From Candidatus Korarchaeum cryptofilum OPF8 (lineage in GTDB: Archaea > Korarchaeota > Korarchaeia > Korarchaeales > Korarchaeaceae), in the NCBI RefSeq assembly GCF_000019605.1, contig NC_010482.1, positions 1,110,001 through 1,142,000 on the forward strand: 32,000 bases of DNA, read 5' to 3'. The position numbers were made by a program, and so were the translations under genes. Below the pieces are notes generated by a model. It was not told the origin of the DNA and did not search any database. It saw only the letters and a list, made by a program, of their open reading frames with translations. Of this stretch, positions 1 to 9,034 are shown one piece after another (the stretch's first letter is position 1; every line of letters starts with the position of its first letter).

Positions 1-983
1 ATTTTCCCGTACTAGGTGGAGTCTTGAAGAGGCCTGTGGCATGGGTTAAGGCGGTCGATGGAGTCGATCTCTGGATAAACAGGGGGGAGACCTTCGGGCT
101 CGTTGGGGAATCGGGTTGCGGGAAGACTACTCTGGCGAAGACTATACTGAGGCTCCATAAACCTACCTCTGGCCATATATTCTTCGATGTCCCTGAGGAC
201 GTCATAAGGAAGGTAACCTTGGGTGACGAGAAGCTCAGGAGAGAGTACGATCTAGCCCTTATGAACGGGAGGAAGCTCATGGAGTACAGGAGGAGGATGC
301 AAATCGTCTTCCAAAATCCATTGACATCCCTGAACCCTAGAATGATGGTCAAGGATATAGTAGCTGAGCCTCTGATAGTCCAAGGAATAGCGAAGGGAGA
401 CGAAGCTTATGAGATCGTCCTGAAAGCTTTGGAAGAAGTTGGGCTCGGGAGAGAGCATATGTGGCGTTACCCCCATGAGTTCTCGGGAGGCCAGAGGCAG
501 AGGATAGCGATAGCTCGCGCTATAATAACAAAGCCGGATTTCATCGTGCTGGATGAGCCCACTTCCAGCGTGGATGTATCGGTCAGGGCTAGGCTCATAA
601 ACTTGTTCAAGGAACTCCAGAGGAAGTACAACTTAACTTACCTCTTCATAAGCCATGATTTATCTCTGGTTCAAGTGGTAAGTGATAGAGTTGGTGTGAT
701 GTATTTAGGAAAGCTTGTCGAAGTCGCGGACTCTAAGGAGATATTTGAGAGGCCACTACATCCCTATACTCAGGCATTGTTCTCAGCTAAACCGATCCCA
801 GATCCCACAGTGAAGAGAAAGAGGATAGTGCTCCAGGGGGATGTCCCGAGCCCAGTGAATCCACCTAAGGGCTGCAGGTTCCATCCTAGATGCTTCAGGA
901 GGTTTGATCCATGCGATAAGGAGGAGCCACCGCTCGTAGAGGCTGAGCCAAGGCACTGGGTAGCTTGCTATCTCTATCATTGA
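1..983 (+). CDS. oppF: Oligopeptide/dipeptide ABC transporter ATP-binding protein (OppF/DppF type); 5' end cut by the window edge
   Basis: The frame stays open to the window start (FPVLGGVLKRPVAWVKAVDGV). Walker A is GESGCGKTT, the ABC signature is FSGGQRQR and Walker B is FIVLDEPTS. The C-terminal oligopeptide-transporter tail is HPYTQAL...PPKGCRFHPRC. The listed start at 24 is a TTG inside the gene. Confidence 0.9.
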   Translation, partial: FPVLGGVLKRPVAWVKAVDGVDLWINRGETFGLVGESGCGKTTLAKTILRLHKPTSGHIFFDVPEDVIRKVTLGDEKLRREYDLALMNGRKLMEYRRRMQIVFQNPLTSLNPRMMVKDIVAEPLIVQGIAKGDEAYEIVLKALEEVGLGREHMWRYPHEFSGGQRQRIAIARAIITKPDFIVLDEPTSSVDVSVRARLINLFKELQRKYNLTYLFISHDLSLVQVVSDRVGVMYLGKLVEVADSKEIFERPLHPYTQALFSAKPIPDPTVKRKRIVLQGDVPSPVNPPKGCRFHPRCFRRFDPCDKEEPPLVEAEPRHWVACYLYH

Positions 984-1214
984 TTCTACCGAAATGAGAA
1001 AATTTTAAAGCTATCATATTTTTCATTAATAATTTTTGGAGATTACACTAACATGAACCGGGTAAATTTCTAACGACAGACATTTTTATATACTCCACAG
1101 TTAAATTAACTTGAATTTGAGTATATTCGTATTTGATTAAAATTCATCGACTTCGTTCCCCATAAATCTTTAATGATAGGTTTACTCTATCGCTCCGGCT
1201 AGAAGTTTCAGTAT

Positions 1215-2744
1215 ATGTTTAAGAGATCCTCGTACTGCAAATGTTGTCGTATGAGAATAAAGATCCTTCCCTCAAATGTTGACCTCGAAGTTGAGAGAGG
1301 CGAGATAATCGGAGAAGTGTTGAGTAGGGAGCTCGGATTCCCCCTACCGTGCGGCGGAGCTGGTTTCTGTGGCGGTTGCGCCGTTAGGATAATTGAGGGC
1401 GAAGTATCTGAACCGAGGATAGAGGAAGCGCTCTCCGGAGCTCTGGAGAGGGGGATGAGATTAGCTTGCATGACTAGAGTGTTGAGCGATGTCGTAGTGG
1501 AGATACCTGAAATAGTCCCTACTGCTTCAGTCTCGGGAATAATGCCTAAGCTGGAGCTAGATACATCGCACCTTCCTAATGCGCGCGGCCTAGGTCTAGC
1601 TGTGGACCTGGGGACTACTAACATAGTCGGTTCCCTTATCGAGCTCAGTAGCGGGAAGGTAATAGCTGAGAGCTTCGTCAGGAACCCTCAGATCGCTAAG
1701 GGGAGCGATCTAATCACTAGGATCGAGAGGGCGATGAGGGGGGAGGATATGGGGCCCCTAGCTGTGGAGGGGATCGAATCCCTCATATCCAAACTAACCG
1801 GGGATAGGGAGAGGATATGCTCCCTGATTATAGTCGCCAATTCCGTCATGCAAGCCTTACTGCTGGACCTAGATATAAGATCCCTCTCCTCAGCCCCCTT
1901 CGATCCTCCCCTGAAGGACTGGCTGACAGTTCCAGCTCTCGAGATAGGAATAGAGCTGCCCGAAGCTATTGCTATAATTCCGCCCGCGATAGGCGGCTTC
2001 GCTGGATCCGATGCACTAGCTGATGTAGTCACAACTAGGCTCCTGGGGATAGGGATCCCCTACTTACTCATAGATCTCGGTACCAATAGCGAGGTAGTAT
2101 TGGATACGGGCGATTCAGTACTCGTGGCTACAGCTCCAGCAGGTTCGGCGTTCGAGATGAACGCAGGAGGAGTGGGAGGGATAGAGGAGGCCGTTAGCGA
2201 GGTTAGATTCGAGGATGGGAGGTGGAAGTTGAAGTACTTGAGGAGGCCCTTAGGGCTCACGGGCTCCGGGCTAATATCGGCTGTAGCCGAGATGCTCAGG
2301 ATAGGATTTATTGATGAGAGCGGGAGGATGAGGAGGGAATTCAAAGGGTCTATCTCTCTTTTAGAAGATCCCAGGATAGAGATAACTCAGAGGGATATCA
2401 GGGAAGTTCAGAAGGGAGTTAGCGCTATTTACTCAGCTTGGAGGATCCTTATAGATGAGGCCTCAATTGAGCCGGAGAGAGTAGTCATAGCAGGGACCTT
2501 CGGGAGCAATTTGAAGTATGAGGACGCCCTCAGGATAGGATTGATACCTCCAGTTCCTGAGGGTAACTTCATATCCATCGGCAACTCCGCTCTTACCGGG
2601 GCTAAATCGATGATGATGAGCAGGAGGGCCTACGAGCTAGCTAAGGGCATACTGAGGATAGCGAGGCACATCGACCTTACCGGAAAGCAGAACTTTCCGG
2701 ACATCTTCATCGAGGGGTTGATGTTGAGGGAGAGGAGACTCTGA
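1215..2744 (+). CDS. 2Fe-2S ferredoxin domain fused to an ASKHA/DUF4445-type ATPase (RACo-like, corrinoid reductive activase family)
   Basis: The N-terminal plant-type 2Fe-2S motif is PCGGAGFCGGCAV...LACMT. It is followed by sugar-kinase/actin-fold phosphate motifs (AVDLGTTNIVG, LIDLGTNSE, LTGSG). The family-typical N-terminus MRIKILP suggests the true start may be the ATG at 1251. Confidence 0.75.
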   Translation: MFKRSSYCKCCRMRIKILPSNVDLEVERGEIIGEVLSRELGFPLPCGGAGFCGGCAVRIIEGEVSEPRIEEALSGALERGMRLACMTRVLSDVVVEIPEIVPTASVSGIMPKLELDTSHLPNARGLGLAVDLGTTNIVGSLIELSSGKVIAESFVRNPQIAKGSDLITRIERAMRGEDMGPLAVEGIESLISKLTGDRERICSLIIVANSVMQALLLDLDIRSLSSAPFDPPLKDWLTVPALEIGIELPEAIAIIPPAIGGFAGSDALADVVTTRLLGIGIPYLLIDLGTNSEVVLDTGDSVLVATAPAGSAFEMNAGGVGGIEEAVSEVRFEDGRWKLKYLRRPLGLTGSGLISAVAEMLRIGFIDESGRMRREFKGSISLLEDPRIEITQRDIREVQKGVSAIYSAWRILIDEASIEPERVVIAGTFGSNLKYEDALRIGLIPPVPEGNFISIGNSALTGAKSMMMSRRAYELAKGILRIARHIDLTGKQNFPDIFIEGLMLRERRL

Positions 2745-2914
2745 TATTAGCGGAGGTCCGTCAGCAGCAAAAAGTTAACTATGACTCCCGTGTGCATACT
2801 CACAATGTTCATAAATAAAAGATCCTTCGTTCCTCTGCGCCCGGTATGTGGCGGTAAGTAGCACCGAGTCTCGATGAAAAGAGGATTGAAGAAAGATGAA
2901 GAAGAATTGAGAGG

Positions 2915-3526
2915 TTATGAGATGATTTCCTTCATCTCTCTTCCTATTATAACCATTATTCCGTGCTTCTCAGCGATCTCCCTCAGGAATTCGACTGCCT
3001 CCGCTCCCACGTTAGCTATAGCTAGGATTTTTATATCTACATCTCTTTCATACATTTCCTTAACGAAATTCACCCTCTCCAGTAGTTTATTGATCTCTCT
3101 TCTAGCGTCCTCTAAGGAAGCCACTCCGGTCGTGACCTCGCCCACGAGGAGGGGGTCCTCGCAGAAAAGGTCTAACTCGACGGTCTTACCCATGTACTTC
3201 AGCTTGACGCCCACCTCCACCCTAGCTCCCTCATACCCCCTCTCGCTCAGATACTCCTCGAGGAAAGCAGCAGTGTAATACTCCAATGTCATCCCGACGG
3301 CCTTACCCAGCTGCTCGAAGTTCTTCCTCAATCCTCTGACTTCCTTCCAGAGCTCTTGCTGACCTTTCCAGAGCTCCTTTTGCCCCTCTTCGATCTTATC
3401 GAGCCTCTCCAATATCTCCCTAATACCTATAAGCCCTGCGATGGCATACCTGAATTCCTTATCCTCTTCTAGCGTTCTAAGTATCCTTTCCTTCTCTTCC
3501 TTCGTGAGTACTTGAGTCATCGTCAA
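2915..3526 (-). CDS. Hypothetical protein with an N-terminal coiled coil (DUF3782-like) and a C-terminal PD-(D/E)XK-like nuclease fold
   Basis: 203-aa ORF. The N-terminal half is E/K/L-rich with heptad character (EEGQKELWKGQQELWKEVRGLRK). The C-terminal half has a VELDLF...VGEVTT pattern resembling the restriction-endonuclease-like core. The opposite-strand ORF 2874-3278 is S/L-rich and low-complexity, so it is a shadow. The family assignment is from memory only. Confidence 0.6.
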   Translation of the reverse strand: MTMTQVLTKEEKERILRTLEEDKEFRYAIAGLIGIREILERLDKIEEGQKELWKGQQELWKEVRGLRKNFEQLGKAVGMTLEYYTAAFLEEYLSERGYEGARVEVGVKLKYMGKTVELDLFCEDPLLVGEVTTGVASLEDARREINKLLERVNFVKEMYERDVDIKILAIANVGAEAVEFLREIAEKHGIMVIIGREMKEIIS

Positions 3527-3781
3527 TTCGCACTACTTAGGAATTTAAAGCTTCTGATCGCTCTAGCTTCATCTCATTGAGATTGCCCATGATGATAGGG
3601 CTCCCCGATGAAACTTGTTAATAATCTATCCGAATGTTTCCCAAAATTAATCATAAAATCGATTGAACACTCTATATTCAAACTGATCCCAGAATGAATA
3701 TAGATCAAAAGGCCCTTCGTATATTTGAACATTCCCTGCGCCTATCACTGAGCACTATTGCAAAACTATTCGTACTCCCCG

Positions 3782-3789
3782 CTTAAAAT
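3782..3789 (+). promoter_or_regulatory. TATA-like box for aroB' (leaderless geometry)
   Basis: CTTAAAAT ends 21 nt upstream of the ATG at 3811. There is no Shine-Dalgarno-like purine run between them. Confidence 0.4.
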
Positions 3790-3810
3790 GAGCTCACTCT
3801 ACCTCAGGAT

Positions 3811-4815
3811 ATGCGATCTAAGGAGTTAATCATATTAGCTGACTCATCTCCTGACTCGGTCGTTGAGAAAGCCATTAAGATGGGACTTAAAGTAGCTGCC
3901 GTAGATCAGAGTGTCAAGGAGAGGCTTAAGGGCTATTTAGATCCCTCTCTCATAGTAGAGGTGAGCGAGTGGCCCTCAGAGGGGGAGCTTACTCTCTTCA
4001 AGATAAGAGGGCCCGAGGATGTTGAGATCCTCAGGAGGGAAGCTAACGAGAGGAAGTTTCTTATAGAGAGCGAGAGCTGGAAGATAATACCCCTCGAGAA
4101 CATAATAGCTGAAGTAGGTGGGGAGAGGATTTACGCTATAGCTGATGACTTGGAGGAAGCGAGATCCCTCTTAGGGGTCCTCGAAATCGGTGTTAAGGGA
4201 GTGGTGATCCCTATAAAGGATTCCGCACAGCTCGAAAGAGCTCTGAGGCTCTCGGAAGAGGTAAACCCGCTTAACTTGAGGGAAGCTAGGGTCACTGAAG
4301 TCAAGCAAGTGGGCATGGGAGATAGGGTTTGCGTTGACACTACATCGATACTATCGAAAGGAGAGGGGATGCTAGTCGGGGGTTCAGCCTCCTTCCTCTT
4401 CTTAGTGCACAGTGAGAACATAGAATCCCCCTTCACATCACCTAGAGAGTTCAGGGTGAATGCGGGAGCTGTATCGAATTATCTGCTCGCTCCAGGTGGG
4501 AAAACGCTTTACCTCTCGGAGGTGAGAGCTGGGAGCGAGGTGCTAGCCGTCTCGGTCGATGGTAGGAGGAGGGCGGTCAGCGTGGGTAGAGCTAAGGTGG
4601 AGAGGAGGCCCATGGTCTTAGTGAGGGCCAGTAGCGATGGGGAGGAGGGATGGACAGTCCTCCAGCTGGCCGAGACGATACCTCTAGTCAAACCCGATGG
4701 CTCGACAGTAGCTGTGACTGATCTGAAGCCGGGGGATAGAGTACTCGTTTACGTATCGGAGAGAAAAGCCAGGCACTTCGGTACAGCTGTAGATGAGTTC
4801 ATAGAGGAGAGGTGA
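3811..4815 (+). CDS. aroB': 3-dehydroquinate synthase II (archaeal type, ADH-dependent, EC 1.4.1.24)
   Basis: Family-diagnostic block VGMGDRVCVDTTSILSKGEGMLVGGSASFLFLVHSENIESPFTSPREFRVNAGAVSNYLLAPGGKTLYLSEVRAGSEVLAV..GRAKVERRPMVLV. The length of 334 aa fits the family. Confidence 0.9.
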   Translation: MRSKELIILADSSPDSVVEKAIKMGLKVAAVDQSVKERLKGYLDPSLIVEVSEWPSEGELTLFKIRGPEDVEILRREANERKFLIESESWKIIPLENIIAEVGGERIYAIADDLEEARSLLGVLEIGVKGVVIPIKDSAQLERALRLSEEVNPLNLREARVTEVKQVGMGDRVCVDTTSILSKGEGMLVGGSASFLFLVHSENIESPFTSPREFRVNAGAVSNYLLAPGGKTLYLSEVRAGSEVLAVSVDGRRRAVSVGRAKVERRPMVLVRASSDGEEGWTVLQLAETIPLVKPDGSTVAVTDLKPGDRVLVYVSERKARHFGTAVDEFIEER

Positions 4816-4817
4816 CT

Positions 4818-5222
4818 TCAGCTCACCTCTATCCCGAACTTTGGGGCTATGGAGTTCAGAAAGTAATCTATAGCGAATAGGACTGAGTCGAACCTGGAGG
4901 AGAATGACTCCTTATTCAGCCCGCTGATCGGTATTGTGGTGCTCGCCCCCAAGTTGCCCTCATCATCTAGATGATACCTGACTTCAGCTAGGGCATAGTG
5001 GACGTTGAGCAACGCTTTGTAGAAATCGATATCATCCCTCAGCCTCTCTCTATCGACTATATTCGTCGTTATAGTTATCCACTCCTCCCCCACGAGCACA
5101 GCTACCATGTAACTGCCCTCACCTATCTTCCAGAGGGAGGCGAAGTAACCTTCTCCCCTCTGGTACTTGACTCCCATCTCGGAGAGGTAACTCTCTATCT
5201 CATCCATCGGATCAGGTGACAA
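4818..5222 (-). CDS. Hypothetical protein (possibly YbjN/T3SS-chaperone-like fold)
   Basis: 134-aa ORF with normal composition, convergent with aroB' at a 2-nt gap. GAGGAGGTG lies 5 nt upstream of the TTG at 5222. An alternative ATG is at 5207. The fold guess is weak. Confidence 0.6.
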   Translation of the reverse strand: MSPDPMDEIESYLSEMGVKYQRGEGYFASLWKIGEGSYMVAVLVGEEWITITTNIVDRERLRDDIDFYKALLNVHYALAEVRYHLDDEGNLGASTTIPISGLNKESFSSRFDSVLFAIDYFLNSIAPKFGIEVS

Positions 5223-5248
5223 CTCAACACCTCCTCACCGCGCGATAA

Positions 5249-5797
<549 letters not shown>

Positions 5798-5801
5798 TCC
5801 C

Positions 5802-6329
5802 TTGCTAATAGTAGGGGTTATGGGGAGCAGGAAGGATGTCCTCATGAAGCCCCTGATAAGGGCTTTCACGAACAGGAGCTATAGAGTAGCCGCTGCTACG
5901 CAGAATAGGAGGGTAGGAGTTCCGGATGAACTTAAAGAACTAGCGGAAGCGGGTTCCAGCCTCAGAATAGCTTGCTCAATAGATAGAGTTCTTATTTCAT
6001 CGAACTTCCCGTTGAGAGGGCTCGATGATATTATAAAACCGGTGTCCTCTCTCTCCCCTATCGAGCCTGATGTAATAGTTCTCTTCGGATTTGAGGATAT
6101 TTTAGGTAGGGAAGAAAGAGTACTGAAAGTGATAACTGCAAGCAGCTCTCATGAAGCTGAGCAACTCCTCGAGAGACTTTCAAAACCTGTGGTAGGCGTT
6201 TATGTAGAGAGGGGAGATTTTGAAGGAGGATACAAGGATTTAGATGTGTTGATAGGGGCTATAATTGAGGAAGGGATTAAAAGAAAGCTTTTACAACCTT
6301 CCCCATTGGGAGCCAAACTGGAAGGTTAA
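5802..6329 (+). CDS. Hypothetical protein, MobB-like architecture with a degenerate P-loop
   Basis: 175-aa ORF starting 4 nt after the ITPase stop. The N-terminus LIVGVMGSRKDVL sits where MobB-type proteins carry GxSGSGKTT. A later DVIVLFGFED resembles the MobB LvEGfK strand. The start is a TTG, and an ATG is available at 5820. Confidence 0.5.
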   Translation: MLIVGVMGSRKDVLMKPLIRAFTNRSYRVAAATQNRRVGVPDELKELAEAGSSLRIACSIDRVLISSNFPLRGLDDIIKPVSSLSPIEPDVIVLFGFEDILGREERVLKVITASSSHEAEQLLERLSKPVVGVYVERGDFEGGYKDLDVLIGAIIEEGIKRKLLQPSPLGAKLEG

Positions 6330-6366
6330 GCTTAATATTGGCGGAAGTATCGTTAGGGGGATCGGA

Positions 6367-6684
6367 ATGTTGACACTCAGCTTGGAGGTGACTGAGGTTA
6401 GGAAGACGCAATCGGGTATAGTGCTCTCATTGAGCAGGCCTAGTGGTATAGAGGAGATCCCCCCTCCTGAGAGTGAGGAGGAAGCTATGATGTTCCAGGT
6501 GATGAGAGCTATGGAGAAGTACATGAGGCTGCCGATTCCGATAGCTCAACCATCTGTGCCCACGGTCACTATAATACTGAACGAGGAGGAGTACGACAGG
6601 ATAGGTAGGCCCACTGTAGGGGATAGCTTGAGGTTGGTCATCTCGAAGGAGGAAGGCGGATTCAGGGTCGGTGTGGATTATTAA
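6367..6684 (+). CDS. Hypothetical small protein (105 aa)
   Basis: The ATG at 6367 is preceded by GGGGGA (6355-6360). The longer listed ORF (6265) would overlap the upstream gene by 65 nt. I recognise no family motif. Confidence 0.55.
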   Translation: MLTLSLEVTEVRKTQSGIVLSLSRPSGIEEIPPPESEEEAMMFQVMRAMEKYMRLPIPIAQPSVPTVTIILNEEEYDRIGRPTVGDSLRLVISKEEGGFRVGVDY

Positions 6685-6715
6685 AGTTTAATTAGCTTCT
6701 GAGGGACGATTCCTT

Positions 6716-7030
6716 ATGTCATTGGATGAGGCTATTACGATAAGTAAGAGGGGAAAGAAAGAGCTGAGGACCTTGGTATCTAGGGGGAGGTTCGCCCTCG
6801 TTGAGTACAGAGATCCGGTGACGAAGGAGAGGACCGAGGATAAATATAAGCTAGTCTTACTGCATGATGATGGTAGAATTCAGGAGTTCTTCTTAGTGAA
6901 GACGAAGACTGAGGGGAGGAGCCTGCTCCTCGAGCCCAAGGAGAAGAAAGGCGCTGAGCTCAAAGTGTGGAATCCCGTGAGCGGGGAAGTTGAGGATATG
7001 TTCCCTGAGGGAGGATCCCAGCAAAAATAG
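6716..7030 (+). CDS. Hypothetical small basic protein (104 aa)
   Basis: The ATG is preceded by GAGGGA about 9 nt upstream. It is co-directional with the three genes upstream. I recognise no motif. Confidence 0.55.
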   Translation: MSLDEAITISKRGKKELRTLVSRGRFALVEYRDPVTKERTEDKYKLVLLHDDGRIQEFFLVKTKTEGRSLLLEPKEKKGAELKVWNPVSGEVEDMFPEGGSQQK

Positions 7031-7090
7031 CGATCTGAGGCCATATTTCATAAATATATTTTACGTCGAAAAATTGTTGAAGAAAAATGA
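7031..7090. terminator. Convergent intergenic spacer with oligo-T tracts on both strands
   Basis: The plus strand has TTTT at 7059-7062 after the 7030 stop. The minus strand has two T5 runs (A5 on plus at 7069-7073 and 7083-7087) immediately after the CBS gene stop at 7091. Oligo-T is the usual archaeal termination signal. Confidence 0.35.
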
Positions 7091-7525
7091 TTAGGCTTGA
7101 CCCGTCATGAGTTGCATCAGCATCATGACGGCATCTAGGACATCTCTCACAGCGATCACACCAACTGGTTTGTTTTCCTTATCGACGACCGGTAAATGCT
7201 TCACATCAGCATCCCTCATTTTCCTGAGGGCCTCTGTGATTGGTTCATTTGGAGCTATCGTTATCGGATTCTCCGTCATCAGCATGTGGATCGGGATCCC
7301 CTTCCCTATCTTACCGTTAGCAGCCGCGAACCTCAGATCCCTGTCAGTGAATATTCCAACTAGTTTTCCGTTATTATCAACAACCAATATACTACTTATC
7401 CTCTTCTCATCCATTATTTTAGCGGCTTCTTCAACAGATGCATCCATCTTTATGGTGACAGCGGGCGTCGTCATCACATCCTCTACCCTCAGGGGTAATT
7501 CCCTCTTCTTCTTCGCGAATGCCAT
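7091..7525 (-). CDS. CBS-domain pair protein
   Basis: Two tandem CBS repeats: VEDVMTTPAVTIKMDASVEEAAKIMDEKRISSILVVDNNGKLVGIFTDRDL, and LMTENPITIAPNEPITEALRKMRDADVKHLPVVDKENKPVGVIAVRDV. Confidence 0.9.
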   Translation of the reverse strand: MAFAKKKRELPLRVEDVMTTPAVTIKMDASVEEAAKIMDEKRISSILVVDNNGKLVGIFTDRDLRFAAANGKIGKGIPIHMLMTENPITIAPNEPITEALRKMRDADVKHLPVVDKENKPVGVIAVRDVLDAVMMLMQLMTGQA

Positions 7526-7804
7526 GGCATCACCCGTTTATCAATCAGCGGAATATTTTAAATGTGATGACGGCGAATTCCAGATTACTTACGTTAAATA
7601 TTTATCGCGATCCCAAGCCGAATTATCTATTTAATCATGAGATACAATGAATGATTAATAACTCACATGCGAATTTTTGAAATTAATCTTTTACTAATGT
7701 CACGAATATACGAATTTTATATATCAATGAATCTTTTAACAATAAAATTGGTGATGTAATCTTGAGAGGATATCGTGAGCAGTGAGATCACATATTCGAC
7801 AACA

Positions 7805-7813
7805 TTATTTTTT
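7805..7813 (+). promoter_or_regulatory. TATA-like box for nikR (leaderless geometry)
   Basis: TTATTTTTT ends 21 nt upstream of the ATG at 7835. Confidence 0.4.
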
Positions 7814-7834
7814 CATTAAGTAGATAGCATAGCG

Positions 7835-8245
7835 ATGCCTATGGGTAGAGTATCCAGAACGGCTATATCTATACCGAGGGAGCTCATGAGTGACTTGGAT
7901 GATCTCCTCTCTCAACTGAATTTGAAGAGCAGATCTAAAGCTATATCTGAAGCTATAACCCTCTACATCGCTGAGAGGTACTGGGTTCTCTCCGATGTAG
8001 AGAAGGAAGTGGCTGGTGCGATAATAATGGTTTACGATCATCACAAGGAAAGCGAGATCACTGAAGTTCAGCATAAATACTTGGATCTCATAAGATCGAC
8101 ATCTCATGTGCACATCGATGAGGAGAGGTGCATGGAAGTTTTGATGGTCCTAGGATCCCTCTCTAGGGTCAGGGAGCTCTTCAAGGAACTTCAAGCCCTA
8201 GGTACAGCTGAGGTCCTCAAGCCCTTCCTAGTCCCTAGAGGATGA
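7835..8245 (+). CDS. nikR: Nickel-responsive transcriptional regulator NikR
   Basis: N-terminal ribbon-helix-helix (RTAISIPRELMSDLDDL...RSKAISEAI). C-terminal Ni-binding domain with YDHH ... VQHKY ... SHVHIDEERCMEV, which is the H-x-H-x5-C high-affinity site pattern. Confidence 0.9.
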   Translation: MPMGRVSRTAISIPRELMSDLDDLLSQLNLKSRSKAISEAITLYIAERYWVLSDVEKEVAGAIIMVYDHHKESEITEVQHKYLDLIRSTSHVHIDEERCMEVLMVLGSLSRVRELFKELQALGTAEVLKPFLVPRG

Positions 8246-9034
8246 AAGTGCTCTCTTAAGGGCATTTATCAGATCATCCATTCTGAGAGGGCATTCACTG
8301 AGAAAATGAGACAGTTCTTTGCATATCTTCACCGTTGCAGGAGCCTTCACGCCTATTTCTTCTAGGGGGGCCTCATATAAAATGTTCACTCTTCCCCCGG
8401 AGATAAGCTTTCCCTTATTAAATATATATACTTTATCCGCGACTTCTGAGGCGAGGTCAGAATCCTGAGTAGCTATTACCACTATTTTCCCCCTTTCCTT
8501 GAGTTTCCTCAGGATTTCCATGAGGGCTTCCATGCCCTTCAGATCCAGGGATGAGGAAGGCTCATCCAACAGGTATACCTCGGGATCCAGCGCTATGAGG
8601 CCTGCGAGCGCAACTCTAGCGATTTCACCTCCACTGAGCCTGAAAGGTGATCTATCCTCGAAACCTAGGAGCTCTAGAGCTTCCAATGCTCCTTTGACCC
8701 TCCTCTCTATCTCCTGATGTTCCAATTTCAGTTGTCTCGGTCCTAAGGAGACATCCTCTCCCACAGTAGGAGCTATTAACTGGTCAGATGGGTTCTGAAA
8801 GAGGATACCGCATATCTTCCTGTAATCCCTCCCTAAATTCTCACCATCAATCGTTATGGACCCTGAAGTTGGCTTTATGAGGCCCGCCAGTAGTAAGAGG
8901 AGTGTGCTCTTCCCAGATCCATTAGGCCCTAAGAGGCAAACTATTTCGCCTGAAGAGATGCAGAGGCTCACGTCTTCAATTGCCTTAGTCCCATCTGGAT
9001 AAGAGTAGCTCACGTTGTTCGCGCAGAGCTTCAT
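8228..9034 (-). CDS. cbiO: Ni/Co ECF-type transporter ATPase (CbiO/NikO)
   Basis: Walker A GPNGSGKST, signature LSGGEIARVALA, Walker B YLLDEPSS. The start abuts the cbiQ stop (9034/9035). The 3' end overlaps the nikR 3' end by 18 nt. Confidence 0.9.
   Translation of the reverse strand: MKLCANNVSYSYPDGTKAIEDVSLCISSGEIVCLLGPNGSGKSTLLLLLAGLIKPTSGSITIDGENLGRDYRKICGILFQNPSDQLIAPTVGEDVSLGPRQLKLEHQEIERRVKGALEALELLGFEDRSPFRLSGGEIARVALAGLIALDPEVYLLDEPSSSLDLKGMEALMEILRKLKERGKIVVIATQDSDLASEVADKVYIFNKGKLISGGRVNILYEAPLEEIGVKAPATVKICKELSHFLSECPLRMDDLINALKRALSSSRD

Noticed and set aside
3589-3595. C-box-like ATGATGA in the 284-bp spacer, and a GTGATGA around 7565, as possible C/D-box sRNA genes.
   Set aside because: There is no CTGA D or D' box at the required roughly 12-nt guide spacing and no terminal complementary stem. 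The nearest CTGA is about 90 nt away.
6265-6366. Possible frameshifted fusion between ORF 5802-6329 and ORF 6265-6684, which overlap by 65 nt.
   Set aside because: The internal ATG at 6367 has a good SD-like run. The extension (MRKGLKESFYNLPHWEPNWKVKLN...) has no coherent continuity with the upstream protein. I see no homopolymer slippery site at the junction.
7107-7634. 175-aa plus-strand ORF opposite the CBS-domain gene. Similar long antisense ORFs occur at 1208-1624, 2874-3278, 10854-11297, 22854-23135, 24037-24402, 27918-28289, 30446-30892 and 30989-31393.
   Set aside because: All are S/L/P/T-rich low-complexity translations. Each lies entirely antisense to an ORF with strong family motifs, and none has a promoter or SD context. 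These are typical shadow ORFs.
7751-7791. GTGAT...ATCAC and GTGA-N2-TCAC short inverted repeats upstream of nikR as an autoregulatory operator.
   Set aside because: The arms are only 4-5 bp in an AT-rich spacer, they bear no resemblance to the cbiM-proximal dyad, and they lie more than 15 bp upstream of the TATA-like box. This is indistinguishable from chance.
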